This document shows, piece by piece, positions 47,506 to 59,273 of a DNA stretch of 64,000 nt. The first letter of the stretch is position 1. The number at the start of each line of letters is the position of its first letter. A program made the translations under genes and the position numbers. A model generated the notes under the pieces. The model was not told the origin of the DNA. It did no database searches and saw nothing but the letters and a program-made list of their open reading frames with translations. This DNA comes from Capsulimonadaceae bacterium. GTDB lineage: Bacteria; Armatimonadota; Armatimonadia; Armatimonadales; Capsulimonadaceae. The stretch is taken from the NCBI GenBank assembly GCA_965215505.1, contig OZ244065.1, positions 1,536,001-1,600,000 on the forward strand. The letters are read 5' to 3'.

Positions 47506-48332
47506 CGCACGACGCCTTCCAGCGGGCTGCTGGCGCTGGCATAGGGCAGGACCGGCATCCTGCCCGCGAGGAACGCCCTGCGGCCCGCCTCGACGCCCAT
47601 CCGCATGGCCTCGCCCATCAGGGCGGGGTCGGCGGCGCGGGCGATGGCCGTGTTGACCAGGCAGGCCGACGCGCCCATCTCCATCGCCGCCGAGGCTTCG
47701 GAGGGGACGCCGATGCCCGCATCCACGACGACCGGGGCGGTGGCCTGCTCCAAGATGATCCGTATCTGCTCGCGCGTCTTCATCCCCTGGCCGCTGCCGA
47801 TGGGCGAGGCCAGCGGCATGACCGTGTGCGTCCCGATTTCTTGAAGGCGCAAGGCAAGGGCGGGGTCGGCGTTGATGTACGGCAGGACGACAAATCCCTC
47901 GGCCACGAGTATCTTGCACGCCTCAAAGGTGCCGATGGGGTCCGGCAGCAGGTACTTGGGGTCGGGGATGACCTCGACCTTGATCCAGTCCGACAGCCCC
48001 ATCGCCCGCGCCAGCCGCGCCGTCCGCACCGCCTCGTCGGCGGTCCGCGCCCCGGCCGTGTTGGGCAGGATGTGGTAGCGCTTCCAGTCTATCTCGTCCA
48101 GGATGCTGCGCGTCGGCGCGTCCAGGTCAATGCGTCGCAGGGCGACAGTGACGATCTCGCAGCCCGAGGACTCCAGGGCCGCGTTCATCTCCTCGGCGTT
48201 GCGGTACTTGCCCGTGCCGAGCATCAGCCGCGACCGGAAGGTCTTCCCGCCGATTGTCAGCAAGTCGTCCGGGTTCGTTTTGACAATTTCGTGTGCCTGC
48301 GCGGCAGGCGCCAGCGCCTCCATGAGTGCCAT
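47502..48332 (-). CDS. thiG: Thiazole synthase ThiG
   Basis: [38 protein letters not shown]. Confidence 0.96.
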   Translation of the reverse strand: MALMEALAPAAQAHEIVKTNPDDLLTIGGKTFRSRLMLGTGKYRNAEEMNAALESSGCEIVTVALRRIDLDAPTRSILDEIDWKRYHILPNTAGARTADEAVRTARLARAMGLSDWIKVEVIPDPKYLLPDPIGTFEACKILVAEGFVVLPYINADPALALRLQEIGTHTVMPLASPIGSGQGMKTREQIRIILEQATAPVVVDAGIGVPSEASAAMEMGASACLVNTAIARAADPALMGEAMRMGVEAGRRAFLAGRMPVLPYASASSPLEGVVR

Positions 48333-48335
48333 TTC

Positions 48336-48917
48336 CTACTCCTCGATACGAAAAATGTCATCCAGGGCTGGGGTCAGGTCGGGGAACGTCAGCGACTGCA
48401 CTGCTTGGCCCATCCCATACAGTGCAACCCGCTCCGGGCCGTCCGGCGTAAGACGCAGCACCTCGACGGTTTGCGCGTCTGTGTTCACGACCCAACACTC
48501 GGCAACGCCAACGGCGCAATAGTCGGTGATTTTGCCTTCGCGGATACTGCGAGTTTCGCTCGGAGATAGCACCTCCACGGCAAGTTCCGGCGCTGGGGAC
48601 AGCGGTTCTGCGCTCCGCGAGTTCCGCCCCCCATAACGTTCCCAGCCGATGAACAACACGTCAGGCTGGCGCGTCCGCAACGGCCTTCGTCCCACTAGAA
48701 CATCGCAGGGAGCAAGCATTGCTTTCCCCGCTCTGGTCCGGCGCTGATAAGCCCGGAGCAGTTCATAGATGTTGCCGACGGTGTCTTGATGCCCGTCCGT
48801 AGGCGATGCCATATAAATGCGCTCCCCATCAATGATGTCATAACGGCGGTTGATCTCACCCTCCGCCATGTAGTCCTCGTAGGTCAGCAGCCCGGTCGGG
48901 GCTTCCGCAAGAGCCAT
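48336..48917 (-). CDS. Uma2-family (DUF820) endonuclease-like protein
   Basis: IIDGE, RQPDVLF, PELAVEVLSPS, K..DY...GV.ECWVV. Confidence 0.88.
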   Translation of the reverse strand: MALAEAPTGLLTYEDYMAEGEINRRYDIIDGERIYMASPTDGHQDTVGNIYELLRAYQRRTRAGKAMLAPCDVLVGRRPLRTRQPDVLFIGWERYGGRNSRSAEPLSPAPELAVEVLSPSETRSIREGKITDYCAVGVAECWVVNTDAQTVEVLRLTPDGPERVALYGMGQAVQSLTFPDLTPALDDIFRIEE

Positions 48918-48945
48918 CGTCAGCCTCCACTTTGCTGTCGTCTCA

Positions 48946-49173
48946 TCAGGTAACTTCCGCCGTCAGCCAAACGCCATTCTTGAGCGAGCGGGCGGCGTAT
49001 TGAAACGCCGCCTCCACATCCTCCCGCGTCAGACGCGGGTACGCTTGAACGATTTCATCTCGCGAAGCGCCCGAGGCGGCAAGCTCCAGCAGGAACTCCA
49101 CGCTGAGGCGTGTGCCTTTGATGCAGGGCCAGCCGCCAAGGATGGCGGGGTCGGACACGATCCGCTTGAACAT
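48946..49173 (-). CDS. DUF433-domain antitoxin-like protein
   Basis: RIVSDPAILGGWPCIKGTRLSV...AYPRLTREDVEAA. Confidence 0.9.
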   Translation of the reverse strand: MFKRIVSDPAILGGWPCIKGTRLSVEFLLELAASGASRDEIVQAYPRLTREDVEAAFQYAARSLKNGVWLTAEVT

Positions 49174-49186
49174 CGCGGCCTCCCCC

Positions 49187-49227
49187 ACTTGTAAATCTCT
49201 CCGCCCTGTTCGCGGAACTCCTTCGCC
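49187..49227 (-). repeat. Diverged copy of the thiC 3' end (50178-50218)
   Basis: 37/41 nt identical; AKEFREQGGEIYK vs [13 protein letters not shown]. Confidence 0.9.
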
Positions 49228-49236
49228 AGCCCAGCA

Positions 49237-50154
49237 TCAAGCGGAGGCGCCGACGGTCGGGCGGTGTTCGCGCCGGAAATCTTCGCGCCGCCGCGCGATC
49301 TCTTGCTCGGACTCGCCGCCGGGCCAGGGACCGGTCCACGCTTTCGCGAAGACCCAGATCGGCGGCTCCTTCTGTTCTTCTTCTGTTTCCAGTTCCCGGC
49401 AGAACGCCTCTATCTGTGGATACTGGTCAAGATTCGTGACGTACACCCACAACTCGGTGTGGCCTGGATCGGTGCGTGTGGAGAACTGCACGACCGCGCC
49501 GGGGAATCGCGTGTTGATGGCCTGGGCAAGTGCCTCGGCCCTCTGTTTCGCGTCTGAAGTAGCCATTGTCGCCTCCAACAGAAATACCACTTTTTCTGCC
49601 GCCGTCAACAGCCTTTCGGCAAGCCCGATGTTGGAATCGGCGGCGATTCGCCAGTCCAGGCCGGTGATCGGAAAGATGCCGATGCCGCCGGTTCTTCGCG
49701 AAAGATCATAGGGCGAATAGTCGGCGACTTCGCGGTTGTCGCGCGCTTCGCTGATTTCCTTGACGATTTCCGGCATCAGCCCGGAGACGCGCTGGAAGCC
49801 AGCGTCACCCAGCAGTTTCCTGAACTGTTCGATGCTTTCCCCATGCCCATCCGGGTCCCACTGGTTGCGGCGGAGGCACATGGCACGGACGGAGTGATGC
49901 ACGGAGTAGTAGCCACGGCTGATCGCTGCCCGCAGCGCCTCGTTGCCGATCGCAGCGGCCGCAAGCGATTTGGCGACTTCCAGACAGCCTTGCGCTCGAA
50001 TCAGCCTGTCCAGACAGACGTCCTCGACCGCTTGGCGCAGCCGAGTCCGCAAATCGGCTCCGGGCCAAATCTCGGCAAGAGAATAGATCTCCCCTTTCTC
50101 CGACTGCGACAGCCGCGACACATGGATCAAGTGCCGTTTCACATCGTCCGCCAT
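49237..50154 (-). CDS. HEPN-domain protein fused to a second ~109-aa module
   Basis: AISRGYYSVHH, H in DPDGHG, REVADY (HEPN pattern); internal GGAGG-N5-ATG at 49566. Confidence 0.72.
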   Translation of the reverse strand: MADDVKRHLIHVSRLSQSEKGEIYSLAEIWPGADLRTRLRQAVEDVCLDRLIRAQGCLEVAKSLAAAAIGNEALRAAISRGYYSVHHSVRAMCLRRNQWDPDGHGESIEQFRKLLGDAGFQRVSGLMPEIVKEISEARDNREVADYSPYDLSRRTGGIGIFPITGLDWRIAADSNIGLAERLLTAAEKVVFLLEATMATSDAKQRAEALAQAINTRFPGAVVQFSTRTDPGHTELWVYVTNLDQYPQIEAFCRELETEEEQKEPPIWVFAKAWTGPWPGGESEQEIARRREDFRREHRPTVGASA

Positions 50155-50175
50155 CCCTAGCCTCCTTCACGCCGA

Positions 50176-52098
<1,923 letters not shown>

Positions 52099-52217
52099 CT
52101 ACCACCAAAGCCTGTGCCTGCCGAACACGAACATAAACACGAAAAGGCCGCCGCTCCATGGAAACACGGAACGGCGGCCTGTGCAGGGTTTTCGAATTAA
52201 ACCGCCCACGCCTCGCG

Positions 52218-52314
52218 CCCGCTTCCCTCCGCCGGCATGACCCGGATCAGGTTGATTGGGGTTGGCGCGCGACACGCGCCTCTCAGCCGGGACACAGCCC
52301 GGCACCCCCAGCGG
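52218..52314 (-). ncRNA. TPP riboswitch
   Basis: GGGGTGC...GCTGAGA...AACCC...ACCTGATCCGGGTCATGCCGGCGGAGGGAAG upstream of thiC. Confidence 0.93.
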
Positions 52315-52336
52315 CCTCACAAAGTTGTCTGGTCGT

Positions 52337-52365
52337 ATTATAGTCGGTCCGCGCGGACCTGTCAA
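52337..52365 (-). promoter_or_regulatory. Consensus sigma70 promoter of the thi operon
   Basis: TTGACA-N17-TATAAT. Confidence 0.85.
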
Positions 52366-52387
52366 GTCAGGCGCAAAAAAGCGCCCC
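52361..52387. repeat. Boundary repeat B (second copy 54794-54821)
   Basis: GTCAAGTCAG(G)GCGCAAAAAAGCGCCCC, identical apart from one extra G. Confidence 0.85.
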
Positions 52388-52400
52388 CATCGCTTGAAGA

Positions 52401-52898
52401 TCAGGCAGCTTCGGCTCCCCCCGTCCACCGGTGAACGAGCAGGGCCGTGACAGGGCCCCAGATGAAGTGGGCGGCAATCATGACCGCGTTCCGGCGCGGG
52501 GGGTGCTGGGTCGCTGGGGTCAGGATGCCCAGGAGCGGCAGCCAGCCCAGGTAGCTGGCCGCCCAGAGCGCCAGGCCGAAAGCAAGGCCCCGCAGTGCCG
52601 GCCGCGCGGCACCCGGCGGGGTCAGCGCTGCGTAAGCCGCGCCGGACGCCGCGCCGTAGCCGAAGTGGGCCAGCACGGCGACGGTATCCAGCGGCTTCCC
52701 CGGCTCCGGCGGCGATGCCGCGTCTCGGTCATCGTGGCCGCCCGCCTGGTCCGCGACCGCGTCTATGATCTCCACCTGCGGCAAGGCGTACTGCTCGCTT
52801 TTCGGCAAGCCTCGGTAAAGCGCAAGCATCACCAGGGTCATGGGGACCGTGGCTGTCAACCCGGCAAGGCCGCCCACGAGGAGGCGAGGGAGCGTCAT
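52401..52898 (-). CDS. Membrane protein (DUF1440-like)
   Basis: About four hydrophobic segments; HFGYG, SYLGWLP, AHFIWG. Confidence 0.75.
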   Translation of the reverse strand: MTLPRLLVGGLAGLTATVPMTLVMLALYRGLPKSEQYALPQVEIIDAVADQAGGHDDRDAASPPEPGKPLDTVAVLAHFGYGAASGAAYAALTPPGAARPALRGLAFGLALWAASYLGWLPLLGILTPATQHPPRRNAVMIAAHFIWGPVTALLVHRWTGGAEAA

Positions 52899-52928
52899 TT
52901 CGGCACCTCAAAGGCCCGGCAGCCGGCG

Positions 52929-53468
52929 TCAGTCCTGCGCCGGAGCGGCGTCCCTTCCCCGTCGCAGGTAGGCGACGGCGGCGGACGCGAGGAGTGTGCC
53001 GACGAGGACTCGCGTTACAAAACCTTTCCGGTTGTATCTCCACTCCGCCTTCCAGCCGAGTTCCGCCACGATGTTGGGGATGTGGCCGTGCGCGAGGTCG
53101 CCCAGGATGCCTTCCGCCACGCCCACACGGTCTGCCGCCATCAGGGGCAGCCAGTGTCCGTAGCTGGACTCGCTGAACGTGAAGGCGAAACGGCGCAGCA
53201 TGCCGCTCAGGCCGGAGGGCGGCGTCGAGGTCCCGAACACGGCCGAAACATTAGGCCGCTCGTTGGAGTGCAGGACCTCTACAGTAAGCGGCTGCTGGGG
53301 CGGGCGCTCCCAACTGTAGCCCGTGTGTTCGTCCCCGACGTGCTTTTTCATCGGATAGGTGGGGTCGTTCTTCGGGTCGGCGTCCACGCCCCAACCCTTG
53401 ATCTGCGCGGTGTTCAGCACCGCCTGCTTCGGCGCGCTCTCCGCCGCCTTTTCTTCTCTGTTGTTCAT
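52929..53468 (-). CDS. Hypothetical protein typical of Zn-ADH gene neighbourhoods
   Basis: GWGVDAD, WERPPQQ, HSNERP, VFGTSTPP, C-terminal TM. Confidence 0.75.
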   Translation of the reverse strand: MNNREEKAAESAPKQAVLNTAQIKGWGVDADPKNDPTYPMKKHVGDEHTGYSWERPPQQPLTVEVLHSNERPNVSAVFGTSTPPSGLSGMLRRFAFTFSESSYGHWLPLMAADRVGVAEGILGDLAHGHIPNIVAELGWKAEWRYNRKGFVTRVLVGTLLASAAVAYLRRGRDAAPAQD

Positions 53469-53478
53469 GAGGGTTTTC

Positions 53479-54633
53479 CTAGCTCCGGACTGAAGGTGGG
53501 AGCAGCACCGGCTTGATGCAGTTGTCGAGTTTCGCGGAGAAGATCCGGTATCCGTCCGACACATACTCCAAAGGGATGCGGTGAGTAATCAGCGCCTTCG
53601 GGTCGAGGACGCCGCTCTGGACGTGCGCGATCAGGCGCGGGAGCAGCCGCTTCACCGAGGCCTGGTTGGCCCGGATGGTCAAGCCCTTGTTCACCACGTT
53701 CCCGATGGGGACGAGGGCGTCTATGGGGCCGTACACGCCGACGATGGAGACGACCCCGCCCTTCCGCACGGAGTTGATCGCCCAGTGGAGCGATGTGGCC
53801 GCTCCGCCCACCAGCTTCATCCCCCGGCCGAGGACCGCCTGTGCCACGCTGCCGTTTGCCTCCGCCCCCACCGCGTCGATGCAGACGTCCGCGCCAAGCC
53901 CGTCGGTCGCCTTCTTCATGAACAGCACGGGGTCGCCGATCTCCTTGAAGTTGTAGGCCTCACAGGGCGCGTAGTTCCGCACGAAGTCCAGCCGGTAATC
54001 CACCTGGTCTATCACGATGACCCGGCCCGCCCCGAAGAGCCAGGCGGACCGGGCCGCCATGATGCCCACCGGCCCGGCCCCGAAGACCGCGACCGTGTCG
54101 CCGGGCTGGATGCCGCCCATCTCGGCGGCCTGATAGCCGGTCGGCACCACGTCGGCGAGCATCACCGCGTCGTCCGGGTCCATGCCGTGGGGGATGACCG
54201 TGGGGCCGACATCCGCATAGGGGACACGGACGTACTCCGCCTGCCCGCCGTCGTAGCCGCCCGCCGTGTGCGAGTAGCCGAAGATGCCGCCGACCGCCGT
54301 GGCCTGGGGGTTGGACTCGTGGCAGTTCCCGTACAGCTCCTGCCGGCAGAAGACGCACTTCCCGCAGGCGATGTTGAACGGCACGATGACGTGGTCGCCG
54401 ACCTTCAGCTTTTGCACGTCGGGGCCGATCTGCTCCACCACGCCGGTGACCTCGTGCCCGAACGTCATCCCCACCCGCGTGTCCGGCACGGACCCGTTGT
54501 ACAGGTGCAGGTCGGACCCGCAGATGCAGGCGCGCGTCACCCGGACGATGGCGTCCTCCGGGTGCAGTATCTCCGGCATGGGTTTGTGGTCGATGCGGAC
54601 CCGCTGAGGCCCCCGGAAGTTCATCGCAAGCAT
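53479..54633 (-). CDS. Zn-dependent alcohol/formaldehyde dehydrogenase-like (MDR)
   Basis: CICGSDLH, GHE, CGKCVFC...C, GAGPVG. Confidence 0.92.
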   Translation of the reverse strand: MLAMNFRGPQRVRIDHKPMPEILHPEDAIVRVTRACICGSDLHLYNGSVPDTRVGMTFGHEVTGVVEQIGPDVQKLKVGDHVIVPFNIACGKCVFCRQELYGNCHESNPQATAVGGIFGYSHTAGGYDGGQAEYVRVPYADVGPTVIPHGMDPDDAVMLADVVPTGYQAAEMGGIQPGDTVAVFGAGPVGIMAARSAWLFGAGRVIVIDQVDYRLDFVRNYAPCEAYNFKEIGDPVLFMKKATDGLGADVCIDAVGAEANGSVAQAVLGRGMKLVGGAATSLHWAINSVRKGGVVSIVGVYGPIDALVPIGNVVNKGLTIRANQASVKRLLPRLIAHVQSGVLDPKALITHRIPLEYVSDGYRIFSAKLDNCIKPVLLPPSVRS

Positions 54634-54691
54634 GGTGGCTCCTTCTCTCATGTCCCGCCGCCCGCCGCCTTCATTGTCGCCGCGCGCCGCT

Positions 54692-54788
54692 GTCCTGCAA
54701 ATACCCACCCCACCCTGCCGCAAAACGGAGGCGGCACACAGTAACGGCATCAGCCGCCTTGCATCAGCCGCCGCAGCGCGGAGCCGGG
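54692..54788. repeat. Boundary repeat A': diverged copy of the mtlD-like 3' end plus downstream spacer (59216-59312)
   Basis: Ungapped 77/97 nt identity; PGSALRRLMQGG* vs PGSALWRLMQSH*. Confidence 0.9.
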
Positions 54789-54808
54789 GGCCCGTCAAGT
54801 CAGGGCGC

Positions 54809-54834
54809 AAAAAAGCGCCCCGATGGGGCGCTTT
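54809..54834 (-). terminator. Intrinsic terminator overlapping repeat B'
   Basis: AAAGCGCCCC-GAT-GGGGCGCTTT with T6 on minus strand. Confidence 0.7.
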
Positions 54835-54856
54835 CGCTGTTAGAAGTGCCTAGGCT

Positions 54857-54879
54857 GTAGGGGCGGGATCCCCGCGCCC
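54857..54879 (+). repeat. Degenerate REP-like element
   Basis: GTAGGGGCGGGATCCCCGCGCCC. Confidence 0.55.
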
Positions 54880-54909
54880 TCTTTCCCTGCCCCGCCCTCC
54901 TTCCCTGCC

Positions 54910-55231
54910 TGGCCCCGTCGCTCACCAGCGCGAACTGCCCCGTGCTGTCGGTCTTGGCGACGCGCTGGCCCAAGCCATTGTAGAGGAAGGTGTCGTTCTG
55001 GCCGACGGAGTTGGTCACCGCCGTCAGCCGGTCCGCGTCGTCGAAGGTGAAGGTGTAGAAGGTGCCGTAGTAGTTCAGCCCGGTCTGGTTGCCGTTGGCG
55101 TCGTAGCCGTAAACTTCGCCCCCTGCGTTCCCGCTCGCCAGCTTGTCGTGCGCGTCGTAGACGAACGACTGGGACGGCTGGCCCCCGCTGGTCTGCGTCA
55201 GCCGGTTGCCGTTGTGGTCAAGGCTGAACTC
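54910..55231 (-). pseudogene. Orphan Rhs/YD-repeat fragment
   Basis: DHNGNRLTQT...YDAHDKL...YDANGN...FDDADRL...YNGLGQR, paralogous to ~58330-58630; no credible start and no toxin tip. Confidence 0.8.
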
Positions 55232-55284
55232 CGAGCTGGGTGCTACTAATTCGTCAAGGAATGCTGTAGTACTAGGCGTAGGTT

Positions 55285-56055
55285 TTAAGCGGATTCCTCT
55301 TGACCATCGAGCGCATCCTGCAAGTTGAGCTGTAACTCGGCGTCACCCGGAACAAAATCCAGCCCATGACGACAGGCGGACGCAGCTTCCTCATGGCGGC
55401 CCAGATCATTCAAGGTCAGGCCAAGATTATTGTATGCGTCTGCATAATCTGGCTTGATTCTGATAGCAGTTTGGTATTCGCCAACGGCTTCTTCCAACCG
55501 ATCTAGCTGCCTTAGAGCGTTTCCTAAGCTGTAATGTATGTCAGGCTCATTCGGGGCGAGGCGTAGGGCTTTGCGATAGGTCGCAACCGCCTCATGAAAC
55601 CGACCAGCCTCTTTCAACCTGACGGCCAGATTGTAGTGGTTATCAACATCCGGGTCAAGGCGAAGAGCTTCCTGGTAACAAGGGATGGCCTGGTTGAAAT
55701 CCCCCTTGGCTGCGAAGATATTTCCCATCATTTCATGCGCGAAGGCATCCTCCGGAGTCAGCCTAAGAAGCTCATGCCCTATAAGAAGCGCCTCATCCAG
55801 CTCACCATTGTCTTCCAGAGCCATGATTAACTTAGACAGAGTTAGGCTGAAATCAGGGTCTTGACGATTGGGGTCCTGATGTTCAGTGGCTTGATGTAGT
55901 GCCTCTTTGTACTCCAGGACGGCCTCCCTTATGTTGCCTTGCTCTCTGAAGTAGTCCCCTCGGTCAAAATGGTGCTGAAAGCGATTGCTGGCGTCGCTAA
56001 TCATTACATCTTTGCCTTTCACACGAACTGCCCTCACGGGGAAGCTTAAAACCAT
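55285..56055 (-). CDS. TPR-repeat protein in the immunity-gene position (start 56055 or 56004)
   Basis: Multiple TPRs (YQEALRLDP, YRKALRLAPNEP, AIRIKPDYADAYNNLG); low GC. Confidence 0.82.
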   Translation of the reverse strand: MVLSFPVRAVRVKGKDVMISDASNRFQHHFDRGDYFREQGNIREAVLEYKEALHQATEHQDPNRQDPDFSLTLSKLIMALEDNGELDEALLIGHELLRLTPEDAFAHEMMGNIFAAKGDFNQAIPCYQEALRLDPDVDNHYNLAVRLKEAGRFHEAVATYRKALRLAPNEPDIHYSLGNALRQLDRLEEAVGEYQTAIRIKPDYADAYNNLGLTLNDLGRHEEAASACRHGLDFVPGDAELQLNLQDALDGQEESA

Positions 56056-56228
56056 CCGAAGGGGTCAAACTCAGGCTCGACCGTCCCCTCGCCTTCACCC
56101 TCATACACCTCACCCTCACCCAAAGGTTGCCGATAGCCCCTCATCTTGAGCAATTCCTCCTCCCCCTCGTTCCTTTCTTGAGCCTCCCTCATACGCTTTA
56201 TGGACCCGTCAGGATCGCGAGTTGATTT
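56046..56228 (-). pseudogene. Severed C-terminal fragment, probably of the Rhs toxin
   Basis: Open frame KSTRDPDG...DPFGWF* abutting the IS end, in frame with the Rhs ORF if the IS is removed. Confidence 0.55.
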
Positions 56229-56294
56229 TGACCTTTCCCCCAAAAACTGTACCATTCGCAAGGTGAGTATTGACCCGAAAGGTAGAATACTCGA

Positions 56295-56561
56295 ATGCAG
56301 AAGAGCCAGTTCACCGACGCGCAGATCGTCGCCATCTTGCAGCAGGCCGAGAAGGGCGAACAGACTATCGCCGAAGTCTGCCGCCAGCACAACGTCTCCG
56401 AGAACAGCTTCTACCGCTGGCGCTCGCGCTTCGGCAGTGCGACCGTCAATGAAGCCGCCCGCCTGCGCGAGCTGGAAAAAGAGAACGCCCGCCTCAAGCG
56501 CCTGCTCGCCGAGCGCGACCTGGAGGTCGACATCATCAAGGAGATCCTGCAAAAAAAGTAG
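56295..56561 (+). CDS. IS3 transposase OrfA (HTH)
   Basis: FTDAQIVAIL...FYRWR...LRELEKENARLKRLLA; A7G slippery site at 56551-56558. Confidence 0.92.
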   Translation: MQKSQFTDAQIVAILQQAEKGEQTIAEVCRQHNVSENSFYRWRSRFGSATVNEAARLRELEKENARLKRLLAERDLEVDIIKEILQKK

Positions 56562-56596
56562 CCGAGGCCGCCGACCCGCTGGCCGAGGGGCGCGCG

Positions 56597-57418
56597 GTGG
56601 TCTCGCAGGCGGTGGAGCGCGGCCTCTCACAGCGCCAAGCCTGCCGCCTGGCGAAAATCTCGCGTTCCAGCGCCCGCTACCAGGCGCACCCGCGTGACGA
56701 CCAGCCGCTCCGGGAGCAGCTTGAGCGGATCAAGCGGAAGCACCCGCGCTTCGGCATCCCGCGCGCCCACGCGCTCTTGCGGGCGGGCGGCCACCTCGTC
56801 AACCGCAAGCGCGTGGAGCGCGTCTGGCGAAAGAGCGGCCTGCAAGTGCCGCAGTGCCCGAAGAAGCGCAAGGTCAGGGCGGGGCGGCGCGTGCCCTGCC
56901 AGGCGGAGCACCCCGACCACGTCTGGAGCTACGACTTCCAGGAGGACGGGCTGCTCTCTGGTCGCAAGATCCGCCTGCTGAACATCCTGGACGAGTTCAC
57001 GCGCGAGTGGCTGTCCGTGACGGTGGGCGTGTCCCTGACCAGCGGGGCAGTGCTTGCCGCCTTGAAGCCGTTGTTCGCTGTGCGCGGCGTCCCGCGCTTC
57101 GTCCGCAGCGACAACGGTCCCGAGTTCATCGCGGGCGAGGTCCAGAGCCTGCTTTCGAGCAGCGGCTCCGCGCCGCACTACATCGACCCTGGCTGCCCGT
57201 GGCAGAACGGGTTCCAGGAGAGCTTCCACGGCAAACTGCGCGACGAGTTGCTTGACCGCGAGGTCTTCGCCTCGGTTCAGGACGCCCAGGTGCGGCTGGG
57301 AGCGCATCGGCTCTGGTACAATGAGGAGCGTCCGCACAGCAGCCTGAAGTATGTGCCGCCCGCCGCGTATGCGCGGGCCTGGCAACGGGAGCAGGCGGAA
57401 AAGAAGCCGCCCGGCTAG
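56597..57418 (+). CDS. IS3 transposase OrfB (DDE)
   Basis: WSYDF, RSDNGPEF, PWQNGFQESFHG, YNEERPHSSL. Confidence 0.92.
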   Translation: MVSQAVERGLSQRQACRLAKISRSSARYQAHPRDDQPLREQLERIKRKHPRFGIPRAHALLRAGGHLVNRKRVERVWRKSGLQVPQCPKKRKVRAGRRVPCQAEHPDHVWSYDFQEDGLLSGRKIRLLNILDEFTREWLSVTVGVSLTSGAVLAALKPLFAVRGVPRFVRSDNGPEFIAGEVQSLLSSSGSAPHYIDPGCPWQNGFQESFHGKLRDELLDREVFASVQDAQVRLGAHRLWYNEERPHSSLKYVPPAAYARAWQREQAEKKPPG

Positions 57419-57469
57419 ACAACAGAAGCGCTCACTCTGCCCGTGGTGCATAAAACGGGGGAAACGTCA

Positions 57470-59224
57470 CATTCCTGCCGCGATCTCACCAAACTTGAGA
57501 TTGAGACGTAGCCCGGCTAGCATGGCCCCAAATCCATAATCGCCTAAAACATCGTAAGCATGATACAAGGGGTTTTTCCCTAAGCCGACCAGCCTGTTTT
57601 TCGGATCGCCACTTGATGTCGGATGAAAATGGGTGTAGGCATACCGCACTTTGTCAGCAAAAGTGGGCATTATCTTGAAGGACGCAGAGCCAATGTGGAA
57701 TGAGAATAGAGGGGTGTTTGCGAAATTCCGCGCCGCATTGAAGCTGTTAGTCACATTGTAGCCAGTGATGTTGTGACTCATGCTAACTTGTGAGCCGACC
57801 GTGAACTGGAAGAGGACATTCCCGTTTTTGTCGGTCTCTTTGTAGACATCACCAACCTCGGTGTTCGGGTCTGACATCACACGGTTGACTATGTCCGTCT
57901 CCGACATGCCACTTGAGTTGAAGGGCGCGCATACTAAGCCACTGGGATCAGACCGATTCAAGGGACTGTTGCCGCAGTAGGCGTACCAGTTGTTCCCCGC
58001 CTCCACCGGGTCCTGAGAGATGAACCGCCCCGTCCGGCTGTCATAGTACCGATGCCCCAGCAGCTTCAAGCCGCTGTCCCCGTCCGACTGATACCCCGCC
58101 TCCCCGTTCCACGCAAAAGCCGTCGGGTTGTTCCCGAACCGGCTCACGCTGTTGCCGAAGGCGTCCCAGTTATACCCGTCCGTCGCACTCTGCCCGCCGT
58201 CCAGCAGGCCCCGGCTGTTGCCCTGCGCGTCCGCGACGTAGAACCGGCTCCCCAGGGCGTTGTACTCGCTGATGCCCGGCGTGAACGTCGTGTGCGCGTC
58301 CGAAAGCACGTCCGAGGCGGGGGAAACGCCGTCGGCCAGGTACGAGTAGCTGCCCGTCGGGTCGCTCTTGGACAGACGCATCCCCACACCCGTGTACCCG
58401 TAGCTGTCGCCGTGGCCGTCGGGGAACTGCTGGCTGACCAGCCGGTCCTCGTCGTCCCACACGAAGGTCGTCGTCTGCCCGTTCACCGTCTGCGAGATCA
58501 GGTTCCCGTTCGGGTCGTAGCCCTCGCTCTCGTTCAGGCCCCCCGTCAGCTTGTCGTGCGCGTCGTAGCTGAACTGCTGCACCAAGGCCCCGTTCACCGT
58601 CTGCGTCAGCCGGTTGCCGTTGTGGTCGTAGCTGTACTCGTGGTCGAAGGCCACCGGACCCGTCCGCACCTCCGAAAGAAGCTGGTTCATCCCGTCATAC
58701 AGGAACGTGTTCACGCCCCCGTCGCTCTCCGAGCGCGACGCCAGGCTGCCGGCGGGCGTGTAGGTGTAGTGGTGGCTGTACGAGCCGCCCACAGCCGGGT
58801 AGCCGAACTGGAGGTCCTTCAGCAGCCCGCTCAGGGGGTCGTATCCGTAGCTGATCGTCGCGCTGTTCCCCAGCGTCTTCTGCCGCACCGTCCCGTCGTC
58901 GTTGTAGGCGAACGTGGTCGTCTCCCCGAACGGGTTCTGGAGGGTATACAGCCGGTCGCCCGCGTCATAGACGTAGGTGTAGGCAGCCATCGAGTTGGAC
59001 GGGTTGAGGCCCGGTGCCCTCATGGTCTTGCGCTCCCCGCCCGCGTAGTAGGAGTAGTACACATCCCCCCGGCCGCTGTTGAGGTGCGTCAGGTGCAGCC
59101 CGTCGTCATAGTACCAGGTCGTCGTCCCGTTCCCGTTCGCGTCGTAGCCGTTCGTCGGGGTCGTGCCGATGCTCTCGCTCGTGCCGTCCTGGTAGGCGGC
59201 TCGTTGCGGGCCATCGTCTTGCAA
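57470..59224 (-). pseudogene. N-terminally truncated Rhs core with toxin tip, cut by IS3
   Basis: YD repeats, RYYDSRTGRFISQDP, N.YAYCGNSP...DPSGL; GC drop after the core. Confidence 0.85.
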
Positions 59225-59273
59225 GTACCCAGCCTACCGCGCCGCAAAACGGGGACGGCACCTACCGCCGGCA

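Larger units (their letters stand above)
56229..57469 (+). mobile_element. IS3-family insertion sequence (1241 bp)
   Basis: TG...CA ends with IRs TGACCTTTCCCCC../TGACGTTTCCCCC..; orfA/orfB; no flanking direct repeat seen. Confidence 0.92.

Noticed and set aside
48315-48917. Similar starts of Uma2 (MALAEAP) and thiG (MALMEAL) as a 5' insertion scar
   Set aside because: Match is too short to distinguish from chance.
54910-58630. Rhs stub and Rhs core as a DGR template/variable repeat pair
   Set aside because: Differences are not adenine-specific, and no reverse transcriptase is present in the window.
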